DNA of 64,000 nucleotides, taken from the NCBI GenBank assembly GCA_043826565.1, contig JBDRPX010000012.1, positions 7,974 to 71,973 on the forward strand, read 5' to 3'. This stretch comes from Candidatus Omnitrophota bacterium. Its GTDB lineage: Bacteria > Omnitrophota > Gorgyraeia > B26-G9. The notes below the pieces were generated by a model. That model saw only the letters and a program-made list of their open reading frames with translations. It did no database searches and was not told the origin of the DNA. A program made the position numbers and the translations under genes. Position 1 is the stretch's first letter; the number at the start of each line of letters is the position of its first letter. Shown one piece after another: positions 29,880 to 39,284 of the stretch.

Positions 29880-31256
29880 TTGAAATTAAACAAGCATTTT
29901 ATCGAATTTCTGATAATTGTGGTGCTTGTCATTATTGCCGGAATGACTTTTCGCGGAGGGATTGCGGCTTCACTTAATAATAAAGCGATAGAAGCGTTAG
30001 AGGAAGGGAATCCTAAGCTGGCAATTTCCTTATTACAGAAAGCGAATAAGGCGCAGGAGACTTCTCAGGGATGTTATAACCTGGGGTATGCTTTTGAACA
30101 GGCCCAAGATCTGGATAACGCGGTTCTTAATTACAAAAAGGCGCTGGAGCTTAACCCGGAATATACGCAGGCATATGAAGCGGTGGTTGATCTATACCGT
30201 TCCCAGGAGAAATATGGATTAGCCAAAGAGTTTGAGCAATTTCAAGAATCCCTGCCGGCAGAGCAACAGAAAATCGGATTGTTTAATAAAGGTGTAGCAT
30301 TGTATGCTCAGAGAGATTATCACGGAGCAATTTCAAGTTTTGAGAAAGTTATCAAATTAGACCCTGATTTTTCTCAGGCTCATTATGCTTTGGGAGTGGT
30401 ATATTTTAAGCAGAATCAATGGGAACAGGCCATCGCGTATTTTAAAACCGCGGCCAGCCAGGGAATTAACGATGCGGTTATCTATAATAACCTGGGCATA
30501 AGTTATATGAATTTGGAAGAGTATGCGAAAGGAGCAGAGTATTTGCGTCAGGCTTATCGATTGGATCCGGAAAATAATGATATTGGTTATAGCCTGGCCA
30601 GTACTTTGCGTGATAATGGAGAGTTTGCCCAAGCCATGGACTTATATCAGGAGATTGTCATAAAGGCCGGACACTATCCTAATATTCATAATGATATTGC
30701 CGGTATCTATGAGCTCAGAGGAGAAACTGCTGCGGCACAAAAAGAATTTGCCCTGGAAATGGATAATTCTCAGGCATTAATTAATGAAGGTATATCTGAT
30801 GCGTATATCTTGGAAAACCTGGCCATAGCCTATAGCGGATTAGGACAGCAAGAGCAGGCGAGGGCTATCCTTGACCGGATAATCAGCTCAAACGCCGAGG
30901 CTCGCCGGGCATATTATGCGCGGTCGGTAGTCCATGAAAAAATGGGTAATCAGGAATTAGCCGATCAGGATATGCAGCGGTCAAAAGAGATATTAGCTGA
31001 CCGGGGGAATTTTAACCTTACTCTTAATAAACTAAAAGCCATACCGGTTTTGATCCGGAACAATTCCTCGCCCGGGGAGCAGAGACAGTCTGATTTTAAC
31101 GCGGACACCAGGATATATTTAAAGAATGGCCGGACAATGAAGGGAAGGCTGAAGACAGAGGATGAATCTAATGTTGTTTTGGAGGTGTTGATGGGGGATT
31201 CCGTGGGGATAATAAGTTTTGGAAGATCAAAGATCATGCGTATGGAAAAATTATAG
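29880..31256 (+). CDS. Membrane-anchored TPR protein with small C-terminal beta domain
   Basis: N-terminal TM, many TPRs (YNLG, YALG, YNNLG), tail IYLKNGRTMKG. Confidence 0.85.
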   Translation: MKLNKHFIEFLIIVVLVIIAGMTFRGGIAASLNNKAIEALEEGNPKLAISLLQKANKAQETSQGCYNLGYAFEQAQDLDNAVLNYKKALELNPEYTQAYEAVVDLYRSQEKYGLAKEFEQFQESLPAEQQKIGLFNKGVALYAQRDYHGAISSFEKVIKLDPDFSQAHYALGVVYFKQNQWEQAIAYFKTAASQGINDAVIYNNLGISYMNLEEYAKGAEYLRQAYRLDPENNDIGYSLASTLRDNGEFAQAMDLYQEIVIKAGHYPNIHNDIAGIYELRGETAAAQKEFALEMDNSQALINEGISDAYILENLAIAYSGLGQQEQARAILDRIISSNAEARRAYYARSVVHEKMGNQELADQDMQRSKEILADRGNFNLTLNKLKAIPVLIRNNSSPGEQRQSDFNADTRIYLKNGRTMKGRLKTEDESNVVLEVLMGDSVGIISFGRSKIMRMEKL

Positions 31257-31340
31257 ATTTAAAAAAATTTTGACGTTTTCCGGGGTTTTAGGATATGATA
31301 TTAGTGGTTACGAAATAATTAAAAAATGAAAGGGGGCATA

Positions 31341-31754
31341 ATGAGATATCTGCAAGGTGTTGTTATAGTCATGGTATTGTTCTTAAGTGTTTCAACTGTG
31401 TTTGCTGATGTTATTGGAAACACCGATAAAGAGGTGCAGGAGATCGCCAATCCATTATTGGATAATATCCTTGTCGGACTTGCCGAAGATAGTTATGAGA
31501 AATATTCTCAGAATTTTGACGACACCCTTAAAGAGACGATTTCTGCGGCACGCTTTAAGGAAATTGATATACAAATACAGGAATGGGTAGGAAACTATTT
31601 ATATAGAGAATATCTCGGGTTTTTGACTAAAGGACAGATGACGGTTATTTTTTGGAAAGGTGTCTTTGATAAAGCAAAGGATGATGTCTTAATTAAGCTG
31701 GTCGTATCAAAGCGCGGCGATAAATATTTAATTACCGGGTTATGGTTTCAGTAA
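31341..31754 (+). CDS. Secreted protein, DUF3887-like
   Basis: Signal peptide; YEKYSQNFD, LITGLWF; paralog of 34986. Confidence 0.65.
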   Translation: MRYLQGVVIVMVLFLSVSTVFADVIGNTDKEVQEIANPLLDNILVGLAEDSYEKYSQNFDDTLKETISAARFKEIDIQIQEWVGNYLYREYLGFLTKGQMTVIFWKGVFDKAKDDVLIKLVVSKRGDKYLITGLWFQ

Positions 31755-31769
31755 TTAAAAGGGGGAGTC

Positions 31770-32315
31770 TTGAAGTATACCAAAAAAACCAACTTTTTCC
31801 CGGGGCTGGCGGTAATGCTTGTGGGTTTATTGATTTTTGCAAGCATCTGCTGTGCCGGAGTAGACGATAAGTTGTACGCGGACGCGAATTCAAATGCTAA
31901 GAACGGAGCCATAGAATACGCGTTCATGAACTTCCATAGTATTTTGGCCTATTCGGCGGCCTCCCAATATTATAAAGAGGCTCTTTTTGCCTGCGGAGAG
32001 TATTATTATTTAGCCGGCGCGTATACCGACGCGGAAGAAATGTTTATTAAGTTTATTCAGCAGGATTCTGATTCCGAAGCTTTTCTTTTTGCTTTAGCGT
32101 ATCTTTTTAAGATCAGCCGGCAGGACCGGGACAGCCGGTTTAGCGATGAGTTAAAAAAGCAGATCATTGAATCACATCAGCTTAGTCTTTTGTTTAGTGA
32201 TTTTAAGGAAAATAAATACTTGTCTCCGCTGAACAAAAAATATAAAGCTTTATATTTTATTGATAGAGTAGAATTCTATATTGATGGGAAAATATTCGAA
32301 AAGATCGAGTTCTAA
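31770..32315 (+). CDS. Secreted helical (TPR-like) hypothetical protein
   Basis: Signal peptide, EALFACGEYYY repeat-like helices. Confidence 0.65.
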   Translation: MKYTKKTNFFPGLAVMLVGLLIFASICCAGVDDKLYADANSNAKNGAIEYAFMNFHSILAYSAASQYYKEALFACGEYYYLAGAYTDAEEMFIKFIQQDSDSEAFLFALAYLFKISRQDRDSRFSDELKKQIIESHQLSLLFSDFKENKYLSPLNKKYKALYFIDRVEFYIDGKIFEKIEF

Positions 32316-34374
32316 GGCGTTAGTCATTTCAGTTGCTCTTACCATTATAATTTTGACATTATTTTTGTCTACGGTAATTGCGGATTGGATATTTTCTGCC
32401 CACAAAGGCCGGATCGAGAAGGATATCGGCAGGTATTTAAATCAGGAACTTTCTATCGGCAGTATCCAGTATTTCCCTCCTTGTTTTATAATTTTAAAAA
32501 ATGTTTCCATGTTCAGCGATGAATCTCTTGCCGAATATCCTCCCCTGACTATAGAGAGGATAACTCTGGTTTTTTCTCTGCACAAGTTTCTTAAGAATAA
32601 AAAGATGGTAATTACAAAACTCTATTTTATCAAACCTAAAGTAGACTTCTTTGAATATCCTTTGTTTTTTAAGGAAAATATCGAGGGGATTATCGAGGTT
32701 ATTAATGTTTTAGCCCAAGGCAATCCGATACGCATTGTTATGGAAGACGCGCTATTAATCTTAAATCGCCGGGGGCGGAATGTTAACGCGCTTTTTACGA
32801 CAATGCGCCTGAGAATTGAGCCGAACAAACGGTTGACAACTTACGGGACAATAGATTTGTTCAGCTTTTTTGGTGATCAAATTCAGAAAAAAGTAGGGAT
32901 TAATGTTTCGGCAAAGCCTTTGCAGTATTACCTTAAAGGTTCCATTGCCCGGGATGGAATGACCATAGATAATCTTGAATTTAATAAGGGGAATTTTTGT
33001 GCTACGCTGGAGGGGAAATTAAAACAAAGCGTACTAAAATTAAACGGCTTTTCCACGATTGAAGATTTTTATAAAACCTCTTTAGATTTTAAAAATCAGG
33101 AGTCGGATCTATCTAAAAAGATCCGTCATCTTTTGATGTATGGAAAACTCCCCCAAAAAATAGGCATTTCTTCCCGGGGGTTGAATATTTTAGATATTAA
33201 TTGTGTGGTGCGGTTTGCTTCAAAAAATATTGCCTTAGAAGACTTAAGCTTTTATTTAGATAATATTCCGGTTAAATTAGACGGCAGTATTAATTTTGAA
33301 GATAAGACATTGTTTGATCTGAATTTTTCGGCTGTGCCGGCCCGGAAGCGGATTACCTGCGGCAAAGGGGTGGTCCAGCAAATCCAGGCGCAAGTTAAAA
33401 CAGAAATACAAAGAGGCTGGTTTGACGGGAGTGCGCAGTTTACGGTTTTAAAAACAATTAAAGACCGTCAAAGTTCTCAAACTGTCCGGGCGGATGTGCA
33501 GGGCGGGTCATTTGGATTTTCGCCGGATCGGCGGGTTAAGGTCTTGTTCGAGAATTTTTTCGCGGCGTATTCTTTAGATAATGATGAATATTCGCTTCGT
33601 TTGAAAAATTTTGATGCGTTTTTTAATTTTTTAAATCCCCGAGTTAAGTTTGTAAAATTTGTTTCGGCTATTTATGAAGGGTCGCTGGCGGGATATGCCG
33701 CAATAGACTTAGGCTTTAAGCCTGTGTTTAAGGCAAACTATAATATATCAATTAAAGATGTTAATGCGCGGGCGCTGGATTCATTATTAATGTCTTTATT
33801 TAAAACCTACCGGAAGTTTCCGGGAACACTGCATGAAAGTGTCGGAGGGACTTTTGATTGTAATATTAACTATGTAAGCCAGCCGCGATCAACAATGCAG
33901 GGGAACATGCAAATTAAAAACGGACGGCTGGATAATGTAAGATTTTTGGTTTGGCTGGCGGATTTTTTCAGCATCCCATCCCTTAAGACGATTGATTTTA
34001 AAACATTATCTTCAAAATTTACCGTTTATGATAATGCGTTTAGCGTTGATGAGATCGCCCTGGATGCGGGGGATATTCAACTGGCTGGATTTTTTCGGAT
34101 GCAGGAAGATGAATTGGTTTCCAGTAAGCTTTTTTTAACGCTGCCCAGAATTTTATTAAGCAATTCTCCGAAATTTCAGCTTTTGCTCGCGCTTATCGGA
34201 GGAGAAGTTCCTTTCTTTACATTTGACTTTCAGCTTTCCGGAGCATATCGCGCGCTTAATTTTAAATGGCTTGAATCCAGTTTTAAACAGGAAATTCAAA
34301 AAATCCTCCCTAATTTTATTGAGCGCGGGATTGAAACAAAGCTCGAAGCCGCAATTAAATCAATCGCTGAATAG
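32281..34374 (+). CDS. AsmA-like / DUF748-like envelope protein
   Basis: N-terminal anchor, beta-rich body, YEGSLAG..IKNG..IDFKTL AsmA-like C-terminus. Confidence 0.6.
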   Translation: MMGKYSKRSSSKALVISVALTIIILTLFLSTVIADWIFSAHKGRIEKDIGRYLNQELSIGSIQYFPPCFIILKNVSMFSDESLAEYPPLTIERITLVFSLHKFLKNKKMVITKLYFIKPKVDFFEYPLFFKENIEGIIEVINVLAQGNPIRIVMEDALLILNRRGRNVNALFTTMRLRIEPNKRLTTYGTIDLFSFFGDQIQKKVGINVSAKPLQYYLKGSIARDGMTIDNLEFNKGNFCATLEGKLKQSVLKLNGFSTIEDFYKTSLDFKNQESDLSKKIRHLLMYGKLPQKIGISSRGLNILDINCVVRFASKNIALEDLSFYLDNIPVKLDGSINFEDKTLFDLNFSAVPARKRITCGKGVVQQIQAQVKTEIQRGWFDGSAQFTVLKTIKDRQSSQTVRADVQGGSFGFSPDRRVKVLFENFFAAYSLDNDEYSLRLKNFDAFFNFLNPRVKFVKFVSAIYEGSLAGYAAIDLGFKPVFKANYNISIKDVNARALDSLLMSLFKTYRKFPGTLHESVGGTFDCNINYVSQPRSTMQGNMQIKNGRLDNVRFLVWLADFFSIPSLKTIDFKTLSSKFTVYDNAFSVDEIALDAGDIQLAGFFRMQEDELVSSKLFLTLPRILLSNSPKFQLLLALIGGEVPFFTFDFQLSGAYRALNFKWLESSFKQEIQKILPNFIERGIETKLEAAIKSIAE

Positions 34375-34597
34375 CCTAGCATTGATCACGTTTCTTGCCG
34401 GACATATTAAACAGTTAAGTCTATAACACCATTATTTTCATGATCTTAAGCTAATAATCAAATTAAATCCCCCGTAGACCTTGTAAAATCAGTTTTTTAT
34501 GCTATACTTTACTATCTTTTTGTCCCAGGGGTAAGAGGAAAACCTTAACTTCTTAAAAAATAATAAGTTAGGTAATTTAATCAGAAAGGAAAATATC

Positions 34598-34870
34598 ATG
34601 ATACATTTTTTACTAATATGTTTATTGTTTTTGGGAATTAGTAGCGGTTCCGGAGATAGTTATGATTATGAGGGCTCAGACGCATTTAAACCGTCAGAGT
34701 TAGAAGTGCAGGCTTGTCAGGATATGATTGCCAGAGATCTATATGATTGTCCTGATGATAATACTTTCGAAGGTTCCGGAGATCCTGTACCTGTTCCTGA
34801 ACCGGGAACGATGCTTCTTGTGCTTACCGGCTTCGCGGTCGGCGCAATCGGGAAAAAGTTTAAAAAATAA
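34598..34870 (+). CDS. Very small PEP-CTERM sorting-domain protein
   Basis: Signal peptide, PVPEPGTMLLVLTG..KKFKK. Confidence 0.85.
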   Translation: MIHFLLICLLFLGISSGSGDSYDYEGSDAFKPSELEVQACQDMIARDLYDCPDDNTFEGSGDPVPVPEPGTMLLVLTGFAVGAIGKKFKK

Positions 34871-34985
34871 ATTTATTCTTTGAAAAAGATATTGATTTAG
34901 GGTAGAATAAAGGGGAAGTTTAATAAAATCAGCTATGATGCTTTGCTCCATTGAATACGGGGATCTCATTATAAGGAGGAAAGAG

Positions 34986-35399
34986 ATGAGGGGAGTTAGA
35001 TTTATAACCGCAGGGATGCTTATATTTTTATTAGCTGTGTCGCCTTGTGCTTCGGCAGCTAATGCTACGGATATGCAAGTTAAAGCTGTAGCTGAACCTA
35101 TCTTAGATAATATTCTGGATTCTTTTAAATTTGATGATTATTTTAAGTACAAAAAAGATCTGGATTCCGCTTTAAGAGTTCCCGGATCAAGCACAAAATT
35201 CTATAAAATTAACCGATATGTAAAAAATGTCCTGGGGCCTTATCAGGACCGGCAATATATGGGTGTTGTGTGTAAAGGTGAAATAGTTATTGTGCTTTGG
35301 AAAGGCATGTTTGAAAAAAGCGGTGACGATATTCTGATTAAGCTTATGCTTGCCCGGAAAAACGGGAAATTTGTCGTTACCGGTTTGTGGCTGCAGTAA
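34986..35399 (+). CDS. Secreted protein, DUF3887-like (paralog of 31341)
   Basis: PILDNIL, WKGMFEK, DDILIKL, VVTGLWLQ; RBS AGGAGG. Confidence 0.65.
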   Translation: MRGVRFITAGMLIFLLAVSPCASAANATDMQVKAVAEPILDNILDSFKFDDYFKYKKDLDSALRVPGSSTKFYKINRYVKNVLGPYQDRQYMGVVCKGEIVIVLWKGMFEKSGDDILIKLMLARKNGKFVVTGLWLQ

Positions 35400-35493
35400 T
35401 ATTTTTGCTTAAAAAATCCTCACGGGAAGTTCTCGCCGTATAAAGAGTATGCAGTATTATTAATGGATTATTCTTATCTTGAAAAATAAAATA

Positions 35494-35726
35494 GGGTCAT
35501 TCTTATTTAAAGTGGAATAATTTCTGTAACACAATAAAAGTAAATTGGTTAGATAAAAACAAGAATGACCCTGATTACAATGATTAAAAAACTGATTACA
35601 CCGATTAAACAATTTATCTTAAGAAGCAGTTTTCTTTCTCGAGAGTTATATATATTAACATCTCTGTAATCTTTTGAAAATCTGTGAAATCAGGTTCTTT
35701 CTAACAACCTAAAAAAAGAAAGAACC
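35494..35726 (-). repeat. ~230-bp modular hairpin element, copy 2
   Basis: Reverse complement of 23736-23966. Confidence 0.92.
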
Positions 35727-35753
35727 ATAAAATATATTCAACTGTTATTGATT

Positions 35754-37010
35754 ATGAATAAGATAGATAAACTGATAAAAAATTATTTTTTAATTATCTC
35801 CTGGGCTCTATATGACCTGGCTAACCAATTTTTCGCGCTGAATGTTATTTCCTTATATTTTGTGCGATGGATAACAATCGAAAAACAGGTCCCGGAAATT
35901 TTCTACAGTATTAGTTTCGGGATATCTACTTTTTTTGTCGCCTTGCTTTCTCCGGTCTTGGGAACCTTTGCCGATATTACTGCCCGGCATAGAATGTTTC
36001 TTATCTTCTTCACGTTACTTTGCATTATTTTTACTATTGGGCTGGGTTTTGTGAATAATGTGGTTCTGGCTCTGGTATTTTTTGCGATCGCAAATTTAGG
36101 GTGTCAGGCTGCGGTAATTTTTTATAATGCCTTGATGCTGAATATAACCCCTCAGAATAAAGTCGGATTAGTTTCCGGAATCGGAAAAATGTGCGGGTAT
36201 CTGGGCGCGGGGATCGCCCTGTTTTTTACCCGTCCGATCATGATTGAAAAAGGGTACCAGTCGACATTTATATTAACCGGAATTTTGTTTTTTTTATTCG
36301 CCTTGCCGTGTATGTTATTTGTTAAAGACACTCCCTTAAAAAACAATCCTAAATCGCAGCAAGATTCCCAATTATGGCAGATTAACGGAGTGTTTAATCG
36401 GTTAAAAGCTACGGTTATAAACACCCGGAAATTTAGAGGAATACAAGATCTGTTTAAGGCGGCATTCTTTGGTTTGTGTGTCGTGAATGTCCTGATTCTT
36501 TTCATGTCAGTGTATGCGACAAAGGCGTTTGGTTTGACCAATGTTGAAATCATTGATTTTATCGCGTTTTCTATTGTTTTTGCGATAGCCGGAAGCATTA
36601 CTTCCGGGATCATCAGCGATTATTTTGGGTGCAAGAAATCAATGATCGGGGTATTCGTGCTTTGGGTTATCTGTATTTTTAGCGGAGGGTTGGTCCAGCC
36701 GCCGTATCATTGGATTGTCGGGGCTTTGGCGGGGGTCAGCTTAGGAGCAACCTGGGTGGTATCCCGGGCTTTTGTCGTGCAGATTGTACCCAGAGAAATA
36801 ATCGGGGAAATATTCGGCATGTTTAACCTGGTCGGATATCTGGCCTGTATTGCCGGGCCAATGCTTTGGGGAATATTGATCTTATTTCTTTCTCCTTTGG
36901 GCGGTCTCGGATATCGGATTACCCTGCTTTGTTTTATCCCCTTACTTATTATTGGTATTGTTTTTTTAACCCGGATACCCGAAGACAGAAAATTGAAAAA
37001 TGAGAGTTGA
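35754..37010 (+). CDS. MFS transporter (UMF1/ATG22-like)
   Basis: SWALYDLANQ, SPVLGTFAD, FYNALM, GEIFG; about 12 TM. Confidence 0.9.
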   Translation: MNKIDKLIKNYFLIISWALYDLANQFFALNVISLYFVRWITIEKQVPEIFYSISFGISTFFVALLSPVLGTFADITARHRMFLIFFTLLCIIFTIGLGFVNNVVLALVFFAIANLGCQAAVIFYNALMLNITPQNKVGLVSGIGKMCGYLGAGIALFFTRPIMIEKGYQSTFILTGILFFLFALPCMLFVKDTPLKNNPKSQQDSQLWQINGVFNRLKATVINTRKFRGIQDLFKAAFFGLCVVNVLILFMSVYATKAFGLTNVEIIDFIAFSIVFAIAGSITSGIISDYFGCKKSMIGVFVLWVICIFSGGLVQPPYHWIVGALAGVSLGATWVVSRAFVVQIVPREIIGEIFGMFNLVGYLACIAGPMLWGILILFLSPLGGLGYRITLLCFIPLLIIGIVFLTRIPEDRKLKNES

Positions 37011-37083
37011 AAATAGTCCTATAACAAAATACAATAGAGATATCTATATCCGCAGGAGTAAGGTATAACGATAAGGAGCAGCA

Positions 37084-37575
37084 ATGGCTGTAAAAAGCAT
37101 TCTTTCATATCCTCTATTTCAAGATATTCTTAAGGCTGAGTCGGTTGCCGTGCAAATGGAAGACCCTAGTCTTTTAGGAATAATAAAAGATTTAAAAGAT
37201 ACTTTAATGGCTACACCTAATGGCGTGGGATTGGCTGCTCCGCAAATCGGAGTGTTAAAACGTATTTTTGTCCTGAAGAAAGATTATATTATTAATGACC
37301 TGGATATAAATTCCGCTCTGCGCCGGTCTGCGCAGGAGATCATTACTTTTATTAATCCTAAGATTGTCGTGAAAAAAGGTATTGTTCATGAAGAAGAAGG
37401 GTGTTTAAGTGTCCCGGATGCTTATATTGAGATTGAACGCGCGAAAATAATAAAAGTGCGCGCTTTGAATGAGCAGGGAGAGCAGGTTTATGAAAAACTC
37501 AAAGGACTGGCCTCCCGGGCAGTGCAGCAGGAGATCGATCATTTAAATGGAATACTAATTATAGATCATAAATAA
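37084..37575 (+). CDS. def: Peptide deformylase (HExxH altered to QExxH)
   Basis: GVGLAAPQIG, EGCLS, QQEIDHLNG. Confidence 0.9.
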   Translation: MAVKSILSYPLFQDILKAESVAVQMEDPSLLGIIKDLKDTLMATPNGVGLAAPQIGVLKRIFVLKKDYIINDLDINSALRRSAQEIITFINPKIVVKKGIVHEEEGCLSVPDAYIEIERAKIIKVRALNEQGEQVYEKLKGLASRAVQQEIDHLNGILIIDHK

Positions 37576-37722
37576 TTCAAAAATCAAAGGTCAAAAGTCA
37601 AAATTTCAAGTCAAAAATAAAAAATATAAGAGAAAAAGAATTAAATGATATAATTTTATCCAAGCATTGAACTTTTGAGTTTTTAATTGTATTTTTGATT
37701 TTTGCATTTTGAATTTTGATTT
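37576..37722 (+). repeat. Heptamer-periodic palindromic element (CAAAART ... TTTTG family)
   Basis: caaaaat caaaggt caaaagt caaaatt ... tttttga tttttgc attttga attttga. Confidence 0.8.
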
Positions 37723-37741
37723 AAATCCTGAAAGGATGACA

Positions 37742-38032
37742 ATGGATGATTTGATAAAGACAGTCGGATTAGTGGCGGCAGTGATTCTGCCGTTATGGAA
37801 TATCCCGCTTATCGCGCGGATTATCCGCCGGAAGTCTTCCGATGATGTAAGTTTGTATTGGGTCTGCGGAGTATGGGTGTGCTTTGTGTTCATGTTCCCG
37901 GCGGCGATATCTTCCGCGGATATTGTTTGGAAAACCTTTAATATCGCGAACATGGTGCTTTTTAGCGCGGTAATGGCTACAGTATTGTTTTATCGTGTAA
38001 AAAAGGGGAGAATTTCAAAAAATGACAAATAA
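37742..38032 (+). CDS. PQ-loop / SemiSWEET-like small membrane protein
   Basis: LWNIPLIARIIRRKSSDDVS, three TM helices. Confidence 0.75.
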   Translation: MDDLIKTVGLVAAVILPLWNIPLIARIIRRKSSDDVSLYWVCGVWVCFVFMFPAAISSADIVWKTFNIANMVLFSAVMATVLFYRVKKGRISKNDK

Positions 38033-38381
38033 ATTTTTAGTAATCCAGACGGTATTTACCAATTTGCTGTTATTGGTAATCCTGGGGGTCTTGATCTTTG
38101 TCGCGGCCGGGCTTAAGCAGGATAGTTCTAATGACCGATATTCTTTTTCCATGCAAAGCCAGACCCAGGAGTTATATGTATTTGACAAGAAAACAAGCAA
38201 GTTATTTATCACTTCTCCGGAAGTAATCGGTGATTACGGAAAAGAAATGTGGACAGAATTAAACCCTGCCGCCGGAGGAAATGCCGTACCGTTCAAACAG
38301 CTTTTAAATGAAAAATCCGGAATTGAGTTAAGGAAGAAATTTCTCAGAGAATTGAATAATAATAACGGTAAAAAAGAATAG
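38022..38381 (+). CDS. Hypothetical membrane-anchored protein
   Basis: N-terminal TM, RYS..YVFDKKTSKL; RBS GGAG. Confidence 0.65.
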   Translation: MTNKFLVIQTVFTNLLLLVILGVLIFVAAGLKQDSSNDRYSFSMQSQTQELYVFDKKTSKLFITSPEVIGDYGKEMWTELNPAAGGNAVPFKQLLNEKSGIELRKKFLRELNNNNGKKE

Positions 38382-38444
38382 ATAATTGAAAATTGAGAGT
38401 TGAGGGTTTGTAAAATTACTTTACACTAAAATAAAGGGGGTAAT

Positions 38445-38591
38445 ATGCCTAATTGCGCGATGAAAATTTTAATAGTGATCTGGACATTGGTGGGGTTGGA
38501 GCTTTGCATATATCTGATTTATTTTCCGATTTTTATGAAAAAGAAGATCGGGGTCATTGTCGGATTGTTGGAACGCATTGCGGAAAAATAA
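38445..38591 (+). CDS. Small (48 aa) membrane protein, absent from ORF track
   Basis: AAAGGGGG RBS, MPNCAMKILIVIWTLVGLELCIYLIYFPIFMKKKIGVIVGLLERIAEK. Confidence 0.6.
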   Translation: MPNCAMKILIVIWTLVGLELCIYLIYFPIFMKKKIGVIVGLLERIAEK

Positions 38592-38598
38592 AGGAATA

Positions 38599-38662
38599 CC
38601 CGCCATAAAGTCCGCCATTAATATGGCGAGATTGCGCCACAGATTTGGCGAAATTGGCGAGG
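38599..38662. repeat. Nested CGCCA/TGGCG palindromes
   Basis: Three CGCCA and three TGGCG arms forming two hairpins inside a closing stem. Confidence 0.55.
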
Positions 38663-38729
38663 TTAAATTCGCGCCTATAATTTACATCACTTTGTTCTGT
38701 AAATTATGCGCTCATTAAAGGAGGAGGCT

Positions 38730-39281
38730 ATGAAAAAGATATTTTTTGTATTGTTATTTTTATTTGTTTTTGTCAGTACAGTGAAAGGAGTGCAAATGGA
38801 AGCAAAGGATGTAATTGTGGTATTTGAAACAACTCAGGGCAATATTGAGATCAAATTAATGCCGGAGATCGCGCCGAAAACGTGTGAGAATTTTATCGGA
38901 CTAATAGAAAAGACCTATTATGACGAAATAATTTTTCACCGGGTGATAAAGAGTTTTATGATCCAGGGCGGAGATCCTACGGGTACCGGGAGCGGCGGAG
39001 AATCTATTTGGGGAAAACCTTTTGAAGATGAAGTAACCAAAAATGTTGTTTTTGATCAGCCGGGGATACTGGCTATGGCTAATGCCGGGCCGAATACGAA
39101 CGGAAGCCAGTTTTTTATTACTACAGCTGCGACGCCATGGCTGAATATGCGGCATACGATCTTTGGAAAAGTTATTGCCGGATATGATGTCGTGGAGAAG
39201 ATCGAAAATACTAAAACCGGGATGATGGATAAGCCGGTTCAAGAGCAGAAAATAATAAAAGCCTATATTAAAAAGCAATAG
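38730..39281 (+). CDS. Cyclophilin-type peptidyl-prolyl isomerase
   Basis: FHRVIKSFMIQGGDPTGTG, MANAGPNTNGSQFFIT. Confidence 0.96.
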   Translation: MKKIFFVLLFLFVFVSTVKGVQMEAKDVIVVFETTQGNIEIKLMPEIAPKTCENFIGLIEKTYYDEIIFHRVIKSFMIQGGDPTGTGSGGESIWGKPFEDEVTKNVVFDQPGILAMANAGPNTNGSQFFITTAATPWLNMRHTIFGKVIAGYDVVEKIENTKTGMMDKPVQEQKIIKAYIKKQ

Positions 39282-39284
39282 TTA

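Noticed and set aside
37606-37953. Minus-strand 115-aa ORF with KSKFKMQKSKIQ tail
   Set aside because: Translation of the heptamer repeat and the antisense of the PQ-loop gene
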